A stretch of 64,000 nucleotides of DNA from Yuukianura sp. NJ FZ-2021 (taxonomy: Eukaryota), in NCBI GenBank assembly GCA_046563655.1, contig JAJCTO010000009.1, positions 1 through 64,000 on the forward strand, given 5' to 3'. Positions within the stretch are counted from its first letter, which is position 1. Every line of letters starts with the position of its first letter. Both the position numbers and the translations under genes were made by a program. Positions 15,001-30,000 of this stretch are shown here, piece by piece. The notes below the pieces were generated by a model. The model was not told the origin of the DNA and did no database searches. It was given only the letters and a program-made list of their open reading frames with translations.

Positions 15001-18000
15001 ACTGCGAAACATTTGGCGCTATACAGACCTACTATTCGACCGTGCAGATTTTCATGAAAAATGTGACAAGTCAATCCGTCCACCAACGTTCATAAGCGTA
15101 ATTACACAAATTTGACCCAATGGAGAGCACATAGAATACCGCCCAGAATTGCAAAGATTCAACGTTTTCGCAGTGGTTTTTCCGGAGCAAGTGTGTGGGA
15201 AAATTTTGTGAACCTGAAAGCGATTCGGTTTAGCTAACGCTGAAAAGCTAGAAAAACTGCGAAACATTTGGCGCTATACAGACCTACTATTCGACCGTGC
15301 AGATTTCCATGAAAAATGTGACAACTCAATCCGTCCACCAACGTTCATAAGCGTAATTACACAAATTTGACCCAATGGAGAGCACATAGAATACCGCCCA
15401 GAATTGCAAAGATTCAACGTTTTCGCAGTGGTTTTTCCGGAGCAAGTGTGTGGGAAAATTTTGTGAACCTGAAAGCGATTCGGTTTAGCTAACGCTGAAA
15501 AGCTAGAAAAACTGCGAAACATTTGGCGCTATACAGACCTACTATTCGACCGTGCAGGTTTCCATAAAAAATGTGACATGTCAATCCGTCCACCAACGTT
15601 CATAAGCGTAATTACACAAATTTGACCCAATGGAGAGCACATAGAATACCGCCCAGAATTGCAAAGATTCAACGTTTTCGCAGTGGTTTTTCCGGAGCAA
15701 GTGTGTGGGAAAATTTTGTGAACCTGAAAGCGATTCGGTTTAGCTAACGCTGAGAAGCTAGAAAAACTGCGAAACATTTGGCGCTATACAGACCTACTAT
15801 TCGACCGTGCAGATTTCCATGAAAAATGTGACAACTCAATCCGTCCACCAACGTTCATAAGCGTAATTACACAAATTTGACCCAATGGAGAGCACATAGA
15901 ATACCGCCCAGAATTGCAAAGATTCAACGTTTTCGCAGTGGTTTTTCCGGAGCAAGTGTGTGGGAAAATTTTGTCAACCTGAATGCGATTCGGTTTAGCT
16001 AACGCTGAAAAGATAGAAAAACTACGAAGCATTTGGCGCTATACAGACCTACTATTCGACCGTGCAGATTTTCGTGAAAAATGTGACATGTCAATCCGTC
16101 CACCAACGTTCATAAGCGTAATTACACAAATTTGACCCAATGGAGAGCACATAGAATACCGCCCAGAATTGCAAAGATTCAACGTTTTCGCAGTGGTTTT
16201 TCCGGAGCAAGTGTGTGGGAAAATTTTGTGAACCTGAAAGCGATTCGGTTTAGCTAACGCTGAAAAGCTAGAAAAACTGCGAAACATTTGGCGCTATACA
16301 GACCTACTATTCGACCGTGCAGATTTCCATGAAAAATGTGACAACTCAATCCGTCCACCAACGTTCATAAGCGTAATTACACAAATTTGACCCAATGGAG
16401 AGCACATAGAATACCGCCCAGAATTGCAAAGATTCAACGTTTTCGCAGTGGTTTTTCCGGAGCAAGTGTGTGGGAAAATTTTGTGAACCTGAAAGCGATT
16501 CGGTTTAGCTAACGCTGAAAAGCTAGAAAAACTGCGAAACATTTGGCGCTATACAGACCTACTATTCGACCGTGCAGGTTTCCATAAAAAATGTGACATG
16601 TCAATCCGTCCACCAACGTTCATAAGCGTAATTACACAAATTTGACCCAATGGAGAGCACATAGAATACCGCCCAGAATTGCAAAGATTCAACGTTTTCG
16701 CAGTGGTTTTTCCGGAGCAAGTGTGTGGGAAAATTTTGTGAACCTGAAAGCGATTCGGTTTAGCTAACGCTGAAAAGCTAGAAAAACTGCGAAACATTTG
16801 GCGCTATACAGACCTACTATTCGACCGTGCAGATTTCCATGAAAAATGTGACAACTCAATCCGTCCACCAACGTTCATAAGCGTAATTACACAAATTTGA
16901 CCCAATGGAGAGCACATAGAATACCGCCCAGAATTGCAAAGATTCAACGTTTTCGCAGTGGTTTTTCCGGAGCAAGTGTGTGGGAAAATTTTGTGAACCT
17001 GAAAGCGATTCGGTTTAGCTAACGCTGAAAAGCTAGAAAAACTGCGAAACATTTGGCGCTATACAGACCTACTATTCGACCGTGCAGATTTTCATGAAAA
17101 ATGTGACATGTCAATCCGTCCACCAACGTTCATAAGCGTAATTACACAAATTTGACCCAATGGAGAGCACATAGAATACCGCCCAGAATTGCAAAGATTC
17201 AACGTTTTCGCAGTGGTTTTTCCGGAGCAAGAGTGTGTGGGAAAATATTGTGAACCTCAAAGCGATTCCGCTGAGCTAACGCTGAGAAGCAAAAAAACTG
17301 CAAAACATTTGGCGCTATACAGACCTACTATTCGACCGTGCAGATTTCCATGAAAAATGTGACAACTCAATCCGTCCACCAACGTTCATAAGCGTAATTA
17401 CACAAATTTGACCCAATGGAGAGCACATAGAATACCGCCCAGAATTGCAAAGATTCAACGTTTTCGCAGTGGTTTTTCCGGAGCAAGTGTGTGGGAAAAT
17501 TTTGTGAACCTGAAAGCGATTCGGTTTAGCTAACGCTGAAAAGCTAGAAAAACTGCGAAACATTTGGCGCTATACAGACCTACCATTCGACCCTGCAGAT
17601 TTTCATGAAAAATGTGACAAGTCAATCCGTCCACCAACGTTCATAAGCGTAATTACACAAATTTGACCCAATGGAGAGCACATAGAATACCGCCCAGAAT
17701 TGCAAAGATTCAACGTTTTCGCAGTGGTTTTTCCGGAGCAAGTGTGTGGGAAAATTTTGTGAACCTCAAAGCGATTCGGTTTAGCTAACGCTGAGAAGCT
17801 AGAAAAACTGCGAAACATTTGGCGCTATACAGACCTACTATTCGACCGTGCAGATTTCCATGAAAAATGTGACAACTCAATCCGTCCACCAACGTTCATA
17901 AGCGTAATTACACAAATTTGACCCAATGGAGAGCACATAGAATACCGCCCAGAATTGCAAAGATTCAACGTTTTCGCAGTGGTTTTTCCGGAGCAAGTGT

Positions 18001-21000
18001 GTGGGAAAATTTTGTGAACCTGAAAGCGATTCGGTTTAGCTAACGCTGAAAAGCTAGAAAAACTGCGAAACATTTGGCGCTATACAGACCTACTATTCGA
18101 CCGTGCAGGTTTCCATAAAAAATGTGACATGTCAATCCGTCCACCAACGTTCATAAGCGTAATTACACAAATTTGACCCAATGGAGAGCACATAGAATAC
18201 CGCCCAGAATTGCAAAGATTCAACGTTTTCGCAGTGGTTTTTCCGGAGCAAGTGTGTGGGAAAATTTTGTGAACCTGAAAGCGATTCGGTTTAGCTAACG
18301 CTGAAAAGCTAGAAAAACTGCGAAACATTTGGCGCTATACAGACCTACTATTCGACCGTGCAGGTTTCCATAAAAAATGTGACATGTCAATCCGTCCACC
18401 AACGTTCATAAGCGTAATTACACAAATTTGACCCAATGGAGAGCACATAGAATACCGCCCAGAATTGCAAAGATTCAACGTTTTCGCAGTGGTTTTTCCG
18501 GAGCAAGTGTGTGGGAAAATTTTGTGAACCTGAAAGCGATTCGGTTTAGCTAACGCTGAAAAGCTAGAAAAACTGCGAAACATTTGGCGCTATACAGACC
18601 TACTATTCGACCGTGCAGATTTCCATGAAAAATGTGACAACTCAATCCGTCCACCAACGTTCATAAGCGTAATTACACAAATTTGACCCAATGGAGAGCA
18701 CATAGAATACCGCCCAGAATTGCAAAGATTCAACGTTTTCGCAGTGGTTTTTCCGGAGCAAGTGTGTGGGAAAATTTTGTGAACCTGAAAGCGATTCGGT
18801 TTAGCTAACGCTGAAAAGCTAGAAAAACTGCGAAACATTTGGCGCTATACAGACCTACTATTCGACCGTGCAGATTTCCATGAAAAATGTGACAACTCAA
18901 TCCGTCCACCAACGTTCATAAGCGTAATTACACAAATTTGACCCAATGGAGAGCACATAGAATACCGCCCAGAATTGCAAAGATTCAACGTTTTCGCAGT
19001 GGTTTTTCCGGAGCAAGTGTGTGGGAAAATTTTGTGAACCTGAAAGCGATTCGGTTTAGCTAACGCTGAAAAGCTAGAAAAACTGCGAAACATTTGGCGC
19101 TATACAGACCTACTATTCGACCGTGCAGATTTTCATGAAAAATGTGACAAGTCAATCCGTCCACCAACGTTCATAAGCGTAATTACACAAATTTGACCCA
19201 ATGGAGAGCACATAGAATACCGCCCAGAATTGCAAAGATTCAACGTTTTCGCAGTGGTTTTTCCGGAGCAAGTGTGTGGGAAAATTTTGTGAACCTGAAA
19301 GCGATTCGGTTTAGCTAACGCTGAGAAGCTAGAAAAACTGCGAAACATTTGGCGCTATACAGACCTACTATTCGACCGTGCAGATTTCCATGAAAAATGT
19401 GACAACTCAATCCGTCCACCAACGTTCATAAGCGTAATTACACAAATTTGACCCAATGGAGAGCACATAGAATACCGCCCAGAATTGCAAAGATTCAACG
19501 TTTTCGCAGTGGTTTTTCCGGAGCAAGTGTGTGGGAAAATTTTGTGAACCTGAAAGCGATTCGGTTTAGCTAACGCTGAAAAGCTAGAAAAACTGCGAAA
19601 CATTTGGCGCTATACAGACCTACTATTCGACCGTGCAGATTTCCATAAAAAATGTGACATGTCAATCCGTCCACCAACGTTCATAAGCGTAATTACACAA
19701 ATTTGACCCAATGGAGAGCACATAGAATACCGCCCAGAATTGCAAAGATTCAACGTTTTCGCAGTGGTTTTTCCGGAGCAAGTGTGTGGGAAAATTTTGT
19801 GAACCTGAAAGCGATTCGGTTTAGCTAACGCTGAAAAGCTAGAAAAACTGCGAAACATTTGGCGCTATACAGACCTACTATTCGACCGTGCAGATTTCCA
19901 TGAAAAATGTGACAACTCAATCCGTCCACCAACGTTCATAAGCGTAATTACACAAATTTGACCCAATGGAGAGCACATAGAATACCGCCCAGAATTGCAA
20001 AGATTCAACGTTTTCGCAGTGGTTTTTCCGGAGCAAGTGTGTGGGAAAATTTTGTGAACCTGAAAGCGATTCGGTTTAGCTAACGCTGAAAAGCTAGAAA
20101 AACTGCGAAACATTTGGCGCTATACAGACCTACTATTCGACCGTGCAGATTTCCATAAAAAATGTGACATGTCAATCCGTCCACCAACGTTCATAAGCGT
20201 AATTACACAAATTTGACCCAATGGAGAGCACATAGAATACCGCCCAGAATTGCAAAGATTCAACGTTTTCGCAGTGGTTTTTCCGGAGCAAGTGTGTGGG
20301 AAAATTTTGTGAACCTGAAAGCGATTCGGTTTAGCTAACGCTGAAAAGCTAGAAAAACTGCGAAACATTTGGCGCTATACAGACCTACTATTCGACCGTG
20401 CAGATTTTCATAAAAAATGTGACATGTCAATCCGTCCACCAACGTTCATAAGCGTAATTACACAAATTTGACCCAATGGAGAGCACATAGGATACCGCCC
20501 AGAATTGCAAAGATTCAACGTTTTCGCAGTGGTTTTTCCGGAGCAAGTGTGTGGGAAAATTTTGTGAACCTGAAAGCGATTCGGTTTAGCTAACGCTGAA
20601 AAGCTAGAAAAACTGCGAAACATTTGGCGCTATACAGACCTACTATTCGACCGTGCAGATTTCCATAAAAAATGTGACATGTCAATCCGTCCACCAACGT
20701 TCATAAGCGTAATTACACAAATTTGACCCAATGGAGAGCACATAGAATACCGCCCAGAATTGCAAAGATTCAACGTTTTCGCAGTGGTTTTTCCGGAGCA
20801 AGTGTGTGGGAAAATTTTGTGAACCTGAAAGCGATTCGGTTTAGCTAACGCTGAAAAGCTAGAAAAACTGCGAAACATTTGGCGCTATACAGACCTACTA
20901 TTCGACCGTGCAGATTTCCATGAAAAATGTGACAACTCAATCCGTCCACCAACGTTCATAAGCGTAATTACACAAATTTGACCCAATGGAGAGCACATAG

Positions 21001-24000
21001 AATACCGCCCAGAATTGCAAAGATTCAACGTTTTCGCAGTGGTTTTTCCGGAGCAAGTGTGTGGGAAAATTTTGTGAACCTGAAAGCGATTCGGTTTAGC
21101 TAACGCTGAAAAGCTAGAAAAACTGCGAAACATTTGGCGCTATACAGACCTACTATTCGACCGTGCAGATTTCCATAAAAAATGTGACATGTCAATCCGT
21201 CCACCAACGTTCATAAGCGTAATTACACAAATTTGACCCAATGGAGAGCACATAGAATACCGCCCAGAATTGCAAAGATTCAACGTTTTCGCAGTGGTTT
21301 TTCCGGAGCAAGTGTGTGGGAAAATTTTGTGAACCTGAAAGCGATTCGGTTTAGCTAACGCTGAAAAGCTAGAAAAACTGCGAAACATTTGGCGCTATAC
21401 AGACCTACTATTCGACCGTGCAGATTTCCATGAAAAATGTGACAACTCAATCCGTCCACCAACGTTCATAAGCGTAATTACACAAATTTGACCCAATGGA
21501 GAGCACATAGAATACCGCCCAGAATTGCAAAGATTCAACGTTTTCGCAGTGGTTTTTCCGGAGCAAGTGTGTGGGAAAATTTTGTGAACCTGAAAGCGAT
21601 TCGGTTTAGCTAACGCTGAAAAGCTAGAAAAACTGCGAAACATTTGGCGCTATACAGACCTACTATTCGACCGTGCAGATTTCCATGAAAAATGTGACAA
21701 CTCAATCCGTCCACCAACGTTCATAAGCGTAATTACACAAATTTGACCCAATGGAGAGCACATAGAATACCGCCCAGAATTGCAAAGATTCAACGTTTTC
21801 GCAGTGGTTTTTCCGGAGCAAGTGTGTGGGAAAATTTTGTGAACCTGAAAGCGATTCGGTTTAGCTAACGCTGAAAAGCTAGAAAAACTGCGAAACATTT
21901 GGCGCTATACAGACCTACTATTCGACCGTTCAGATTTCCATGAAAAATGTGACATGTCAATCCGTCCACCAACGTTCATAAGCGTAATTACACAAATTTG
22001 ACCCAATGGAGAGCACATAGAATACCGCCCAGAATTGCAAAGATTCAACGTTTTCGCAGTGGTTTTTCCGGAGCAAGTGTGTGGGAAAATTTTGTGAACC
22101 TGAAAGCGATTCGGTTTAGCTAACGCTGAAAAGCTAGAAAAACTGCGAAACATTTGGCGCTATACAGTACTATTCGACCGTTCAGATTTCCATGAAAAAT
22201 GTGACATGTCAATCCGTCCACCAACGTCCATAAGCGTAATTACACAAATTTGACCCAATGGAGAGCACATAGGATACCGCCCAGAATTGCAAAGATTCAA
22301 CGTTTTCGCAGTGGTTTTTCCGGAGCAAGTGTGTGGGAAAATTTTGTGAACCTGAAAGCGATTCGGTTTAGCTAACGCTGAGAAGCTAGAAAAACTGCGA
22401 AACATTTGGCGCTATACAGACCTACTATTCGACCGTGCAGATTTCCATGAAAAATGTGACAACTCAATCCGTCCACCAACGTTCATAAGCGTAATTACAC
22501 AAATTTGACCCAATGGAGAGCACATAGAATACCGCCCAGAATTGCAAAGATTCAACGTTTTCGCAGTGGTTTTTCCGGAGCAAGTGTGTGGGAAAATTTT
22601 GTGAACCTGAATGCGATTCGGTTTAGCTAACGCTGAAAAGATAGAAAAACTGCGAAACATTTGGCGCTATGCATACCTACTATTCGACCGTGCAGATTTT
22701 CATGAAAAATGTGACAAGTCAATCCGTCCACCAACGTTCATAAGCGTAATTACACAAATTTGACCCAATGGAGAGCACATAGAATACCGCCCAGAATTGC
22801 AAAGATTCAACGTTTTCGCAGTGGTTTTTCCGGAGCAAGTGTGTGGGAAAATTTTGTGAACCTGAAAGCGATTCGGTTTAGCTAACGCTGAAAAGCTAGA
22901 AAAACTGCGAAACATTTGGCGCTATACAGACCTACTATTCGACCGTGCAGATTTTCATGAAAAATGTGACATGTCAATCCGTCCACCAACGTTCATAAGC
23001 GTAATTACACAAATTTGACCCAATGGAGAGCACATAGAATACCGCCCAGAATTGCAAAGATTCAACGTTTTCGCAGTGGTTTTTCCGGAGCAAGAGTGTG
23101 GGAAAATATTGTGAACCTGAAAGCGATTCCGCTGAGCTAACGCTGAGAAGCAAAAAAACTGCGAAACATTTGGCGCTATACAGACCTACTATTCGACCGT
23201 GCAGATTTCCATGAAAAATGTGACAACTCAATCCGTCCACCAACGTTCATAAGCGTAATTACACAAATTTGACCCAATGGAGAGCACATAGAATACCGCC
23301 CAGAATTGCAAAGATTCAACGTTTTCGCAGTGGTTTTTCCGGAGCAAGTGTGTGGGAAAATTTTGTGAACCTGAAAGCGATTCGGTTTAGCTAACGCTGA
23401 AAAGCTAGAAAAACTGCGAAACATTTGGCGCTATACAGACCTACTATTCGACCGTGCAGGTTTCCATAAAAAATGTGACATGTCAATCCGTCCACCAACG
23501 TTCATAAGCGTAATTACACAAATTTGACCCAATGGAGAGCACATAGGATACCGCCCAGAATTGCAAAGATTCAACGTTTTCGCAGTGGTTTTTCCGGAGC
23601 AAGTGTGTGGGAAAATTTTGTGAACCTGAAAGCGATTCGGTTTAGCTAACGCTGAAAAGCTAGAAAAACTGCGAAACATTTGGCGCTATACAGACCTACT
23701 ATTCGACCGTGCAGATTTCCATGAAAAATGTGACAACTCAATCCGTCCACCAACGTTCATAAGCGTAATTACACAAATTTGACCCAATGGAGAGCACATA
23801 GAATACCGCCCAGAATTGCAAAGATTCAACGTTTTCGCAGTGGTTTTTCCGGAGCAAGTGTGTGGGAAAATTTTGTGAACCTGAAAGCGATTCGGTTTAG
23901 CTAACGCTGAAAAGCTAGAAAAACTGCGAAACATTTGGCGCTATACAGACCTACTATTCGACCGTGCAGATTTCCATAAAAAATGTGACATGTCAATCCG

Positions 24001-27000
24001 TCCACCAACGTCCATAAGCGTAATTACACAAATTTGACCCAATGGAGAGCACATAGGATACCGCCCAGAATTGCAAAGATTCAACGTTTTCGCAGTGGTT
24101 TTTCCGGAGCAAGTGTGTGGGAAAATTTTGTGAACCTGAAAGCGATTCGGTTTAGCTAACGCTGAAAAGCTAGAAAAACTGCGAAACATTTGGCGCTATA
24201 CAGTACTATTCGACCGTTCAGATTTCCATGAAAAATGTGACATGTCAATCCGTCCACCAACGTCCATAAGCGTAATTACACAAATTTGACCCAATGGAGA
24301 GCACATAGGATACCGCCCAGAATTGCAAAGATTCAACGTTTTCGCAGTGGTTTTTCCGGAGCAAGTGTGTGGGAAAATTTTGTGAACCTGAAAGCGATTC
24401 GGTTTAGCTAACGCTGAAAAGCTAGAAAAACTGCGAAACATTTGGCGCTATACAGACCTACTATTCGACCGTGCAGATTTCCATGAAAAATGTGACAACT
24501 CAATCCGTCCACCAACGTTCATAAGCGTAATTACACAAATTTGACCCAATGGAGAGCACATAGAATACCGCCCAGAATTGCAAAGATTCAACGTTTTCGC
24601 AGTGGTTTTTCCGGAGCAAGTGTGTGGGAAAATTTTGTGAACCTGAATGCGATTCGGTTTAGCTAACGCTGAAAAGATAGAAAAACTACGAAGCATTTGG
24701 CGCTATGCATACCTACCATTCGACCGTGCAGATTTTCATGAAAAATGTGACAACTCAATCCGTCCACCAACGTTCATAAGCGTAATTACACAAATTTGAC
24801 CCAATGGAGAGCACATAGAATACCGCCCAGAATTGCAAAGATTCAACGTTTTCGCAGTGGTTTTTCCGGAGCAAGTGTGTGGGAAAATTTTGTGAACCTG
24901 AAAGCGATTCGGTTTAGCTAACGCTGAAAAGCTAGAAAAACTGCGAAACATTTGGCGCTATACAGACCTACTATTCGACCGTGCAGATTTTCCATCAAAA
25001 ATGTGACATGTCAATCCGTCCACCAACGTTCATAAGCGTAATTACACAAATTTGACCCAATGGAGAGCACATAGAATACCGCCCAGAATTGCAAAGATTC
25101 AACGTTTTCGCAGTGGTTTTTCCGGAGCAAGAGTGTGGGAAAATATTGTGAACCTCAAAGCGATTCCGCTGAGCTAACGCTGAGAAGCTAGAAAAACTGC
25201 GAAACATTTGGCGCTATACAGACCTACTATTCGACCGTGCAGATTTCCATGAAAAATGTGACAACTCAATCCGTCCACCAACGTTCATAAGCGTAATTAC
25301 ACAAATTTGACCCAATGGAGAGCACATAGAATACCGCCCAGAATTGCAAAGATTCAACGTTTTCGCAGTGGTTTTTCCGGAGCAAGTGTGTGGGAAAATT
25401 TTGTGAACCTGAAAGCGATTCGGTTTAGCTAACGCTGAAAAGCTAGAAAAACTGCGAAACATTTGGCGCTATACAGACCTACTATTCGACCGTGCAGGTT
25501 TCCATAAAAAATGTGACATGTCAATCCGTCCACCAACGTCCATAAGCGTAATTACACAAATTTGACCCAATGGAGAGCACATAGAATACCGCCCAGAATT
25601 GCAAAGATTCAACGTTTTCGCAGTGGTTTTTCCGGAGCAAGTGTGTGGGAAAATTTTGTGAACCTGAAAGCGATTCGGTTTAGCTAACGCTGAAAAGCTA
25701 GAAAAACTGCGAAACATTTGGCGCTATACAGTACTATTCGACCGTGCAGATTTCCATGAAAAATGTGACATGTCAATCCGTCCGCCAACGTTCATAAGCG
25801 TAATTACACAAATTTGACCCAATGGAGAGCACATAGAATACCGCCCAGAATTGCAAAGATTCAACGTTTTTGCAGTGGTTTTTTCGGAGCAAGTGTGTGG
25901 GAAAATTTTATGAACCTGAAAGCGATTCGGTTTAGCTAACGCTGAAAAGCTAGAAAAACTGCGAAACATTTGGCGCTATACAGTACTATTCGACCGTTCA
26001 GATTTCCATGAAAAATGTGACATGTCAATCCGTCCACCAACGTTCATAAGCGTAATTACACAAATTTGACCCAATGGAGAGCACATAGAATACCGCCCAG
26101 AATTGCAAAGATTCAACGTTTTCGCAGTGGTTTTTCCGGAGCAAGTGTGTGGGAAAATTTTGTGAACCTGAAAGCGATTCGGTTTAGCTAACGCTGAGAA
26201 GCTAGAAAAACTGCGAAACATTTGGCGCTATACAGACCTACTATTCGACCGTGCAGATTTCCATGAAAAATGTGACAACTCAATCCGTCCACCAACGTTC
26301 ATAAGCGTAATTACACAAATTTGACCCAATGGAGAGCACATAGAATACCGCCCAGAATTGCAAAGATTCAACGTTTTCGCAGTGGTTTTTCCGGAGCAAG
26401 TGTGTGGGAAAATTTTGTGAACCTGAAAGCGATTCGGTTTAGCTAACGCTGAGAAGCTAGAAAAACTGCGAAACATTTGGCGCTATACAGACCTACTATT
26501 CGACCGTGCAGATTTCCATGAAAAATGTGACAACTCAATCCGTCCACCAACGTTCATAAGCGTAATTACACAAATTTGACCCAATGGAGAGCACATAGAA
26601 TACCGCCCAGAATTGCAAAGATTCAACGTTTTCGCAGTGGTTTTTCCGGAGCAAGTGTGTGGGAAAATTTTGTGAACCTGAAAGCGATTCGGTTTAGCTA
26701 ACGCTGAAAAGCTAGAAAAACTGCGAAACATTTGGCGCTATACAGACCTACTATTCGACCGTGCAGATTTTCATGAAAAATGTGACATGTCAATCCGTCC
26801 ACCAACGTTCATAAGCGTAATTACACAAATTTGACCCAATGGAGAGCACATAGAATACCGCCCAGAATTGCAAAGATTCAACGTTTTCGCAGTGGTTTTT
26901 CCGGAGCAAGTGTGTGGGAAAATATTGTGAACCTCAAAGCGATTCGGTTTAGCTAACGCTGAGAAGCTAGAAAAACTGCGAAACATTTGGCGCTATACAG

Positions 27001-30000
27001 ACCTACTATTCGACCGTGCAGATTTCCATGAAAAATGTGACAACTCAATCCGTCCACCAACGTTCATAAGCGTAATTACACAAATTTGACCCAATGGAGA
27101 GCACATAGAATACCGCCCAGAATTGCAAAGATTCAACGTTTTCGCAGTGGTTTTTCCGGAGCAAGTGTGTGGGAAAATTTTGTGAACCTGAAAGCGATTC
27201 GGTTTAGCTAACGCTGAAAAGCTAGAAAAACTGCGAAACATTTGGCGCTATACAGACCTACTATTCGACCGTGCAGGTTTCCATAAAAAATGTGACATGT
27301 CAATCCGTCCACCAACGTCCATAAGCGTAATTACACAAATTTGACCCAATGGAGAGCACATAGAATACCGCCCAGAATTGCAAAGATTCAACGTTTTCGC
27401 AGTGGTTTTTCCGGAGCAAGTGTGTGGGAAAATTTTGTGAACCTGAAAGCGATTCGGTTTAGCTAACGCTGAAAAGCTAGAAAAACTGCGAAACATTTGG
27501 CGCTATACAGTACTATTCGACCGCTCAGATTTCCATGAAAAATGTGACATGTCAATCCGTCCGCCAACGTTCATAAGCGTAATTACACAAATTTGACCCA
27601 ATGGAGAGCACATAGAATACCGCCCAGAATTGCAAAGATTCAACGTTTTCGCAGTGGTTTTTCCGGAGCAAGTGTGTGGGAAAATTTTGTGAACCTGAAT
27701 GCGATTCGGTTTAGCTAACGCTGAAAAGCTAGAAAAACTGCGAAACATTTGGCGCTATACAGATACTATTCGACCGTTCAGATTTCCATGAAAAATGTGA
27801 CATGTCAATCCGTCCACCAACGTCCATAAGCGTAATTACACAAATTTGACCCAATGGAGAGCACATAGAATACCGCCCAGAATTGCAAAGATTCAACGTT
27901 TTCGCAGTGGTTTTTCCGGAGCAAGTGTGTGGGAAAATTTTGTGAACCTGAAAGCGATTCGGTTTAGCTAACGCTGAGAAGCTAGAAAAACTGCGAAACA
28001 TTTGGCGCTATACAGACCTACTATTCGACCGTGCAGATTTCCATGAAAAATGTGACAACTCAATCCGTCCACCAACGTCCATAAGCGTAATTACACAAAT
28101 TTGACCCAATGGAGAGCACATAGGATACCGCCCAGAATTGCAAAGATTCAACGTTTTCGCAGTGGTTTTTCCGGAGCAAGTGTGTGGGAAAATTTTGTGA
28201 ACCTGAAAGCGATTCGGTTTAGCTAACGCTGAAAAGCTAGAAAAACTGCGAAACATTTGGCGCTATACAGACCTACTATTCGACCGTGCAGATTTCCATG
28301 AAAAATGTGACAACTCAATCCGTCCACCAACGTTCATAAGCGTAATTACACAAATTTGACCCAATGGAGAGCACATAGAATACCGCCCAGAATTGCAAAG
28401 ATTCAACGTTTTCGCAGTGGTTTTTCCGGAGCAAGTGTGTGGGAAAATTTTGTGAACCTGAAAGCGATTCGGTTTAGCTAACGCTGAGAAGCTAGAAAAA
28501 CTGCGAAACATTTGGCGCTATACAGACCTACTATTCGACCGTGCAGATTTCCATGAAAAATGTGACAACTCAATCCGTCCACCAACGTTCATAAGCGTAA
28601 TTACACAAATTTGACCCAATGGAGAGCACATAGAATACCGCCCAGAATTGCAAAGATTCAACGTTTTCGCAGTGGTTTTTCCGGAGCAAGTGTGTGGGAA
28701 AATTTTGTGAACCTGAATGCGATTCGGTTTAGCTAACGCTGAAAAGCTAGAAAAACTGCGAAACATTTGGCGCTATACAGACCTACTATTCGACCGTGCA
28801 GATTTCCATGAAAAATGTGACAACTCAATCCGTCCACCAACGTTCATAAGCGTAATTACACAAATTTGACCCAATGGAGAGCACATAGAATACCGCCCAG
28901 AATTGCAAAGATTCAACGTTTTCGCAGTGGTTTTTCCGGAGCAAGTGTGTGGGAAAATTTTGTGAACCTGAAAGCGATTCGGTTTAGCTAACGCTGAAAA
29001 GCTAGAAAAACTGCGAAACATTTGGCGCTATACAGACCTACTATTCGACCGTGCAGATTTTCATGAAAAATGTGACATGTCAATCCGTCCACCAACGTTC
29101 ATAAGCGTAATTACACAAATTTGACCCAATGGAGAGCACATAGAATACCGCCCAGAATTGCAAAGATTCAACGTTTTCGCAGTGGTTTTTCCGGAGCAAG
29201 TGTGTGGGAAAATTTTGTGAACCTGAAAGCGATTCGGTTTAGCTAACGCTGAGAAGCTAGAAAAACTGCGAAACATTTGGCGCTATACAGACCTACTATT
29301 CGACCGTGCAGATTTCCATGAAAAATGTGACAACTCAATCCGTCCACCAACGTTCATAAGCGTAATTACACAAATTTGACCCAATGGAGAGCACATAGAA
29401 TACCGCCCAGAATTGCAAAGATTCAACGTTTTCGCAGTGGTTTTTCCGGAGCAAGTGTGTGGGAAAATTTTGTGAACCTGAAAGCGATTCGGTTTAGCTA
29501 ACGCTGAAAAGCTAGAAAAACTGCGAAACATTTGGCGCTATACAGACCTACTATTCGACCGTGCAGGTTTCCATAAAAAATGTGACATGTCAATCCGTCC
29601 ACCAACGTTCATAAGCGTAATTACACAAATTTGACCCAATGGAGAGCACATAGGATACCGCCCAGAATTGCAAAGATTCAACGTTTTCGCAGTGGTTTTT
29701 CCGGAGCAAGTGTGTGGGAAAATTTTGTGAACCTGAAAGCGATTCGGTTTAGCTAACGCTGAAAAGCTAGAAAAACTGCGAAACATTTGGCGCTATACAG
29801 ACCTACTATTCGACCGTTCAGATTTCCATGAAAAATGTGACATGTCAATCCGTCCACCAACGTTCATAAGCGTAATTACACAAATTTGACCCAATGGAGA
29901 GCACATAGAATACCGCCCAGAATTGCAAAGATTCAACGTTTTCGCAGTGGTTTTTCCGGAGCAAGTGTGTGGGAAAATTTTGTGAACCTGAATGCGATTC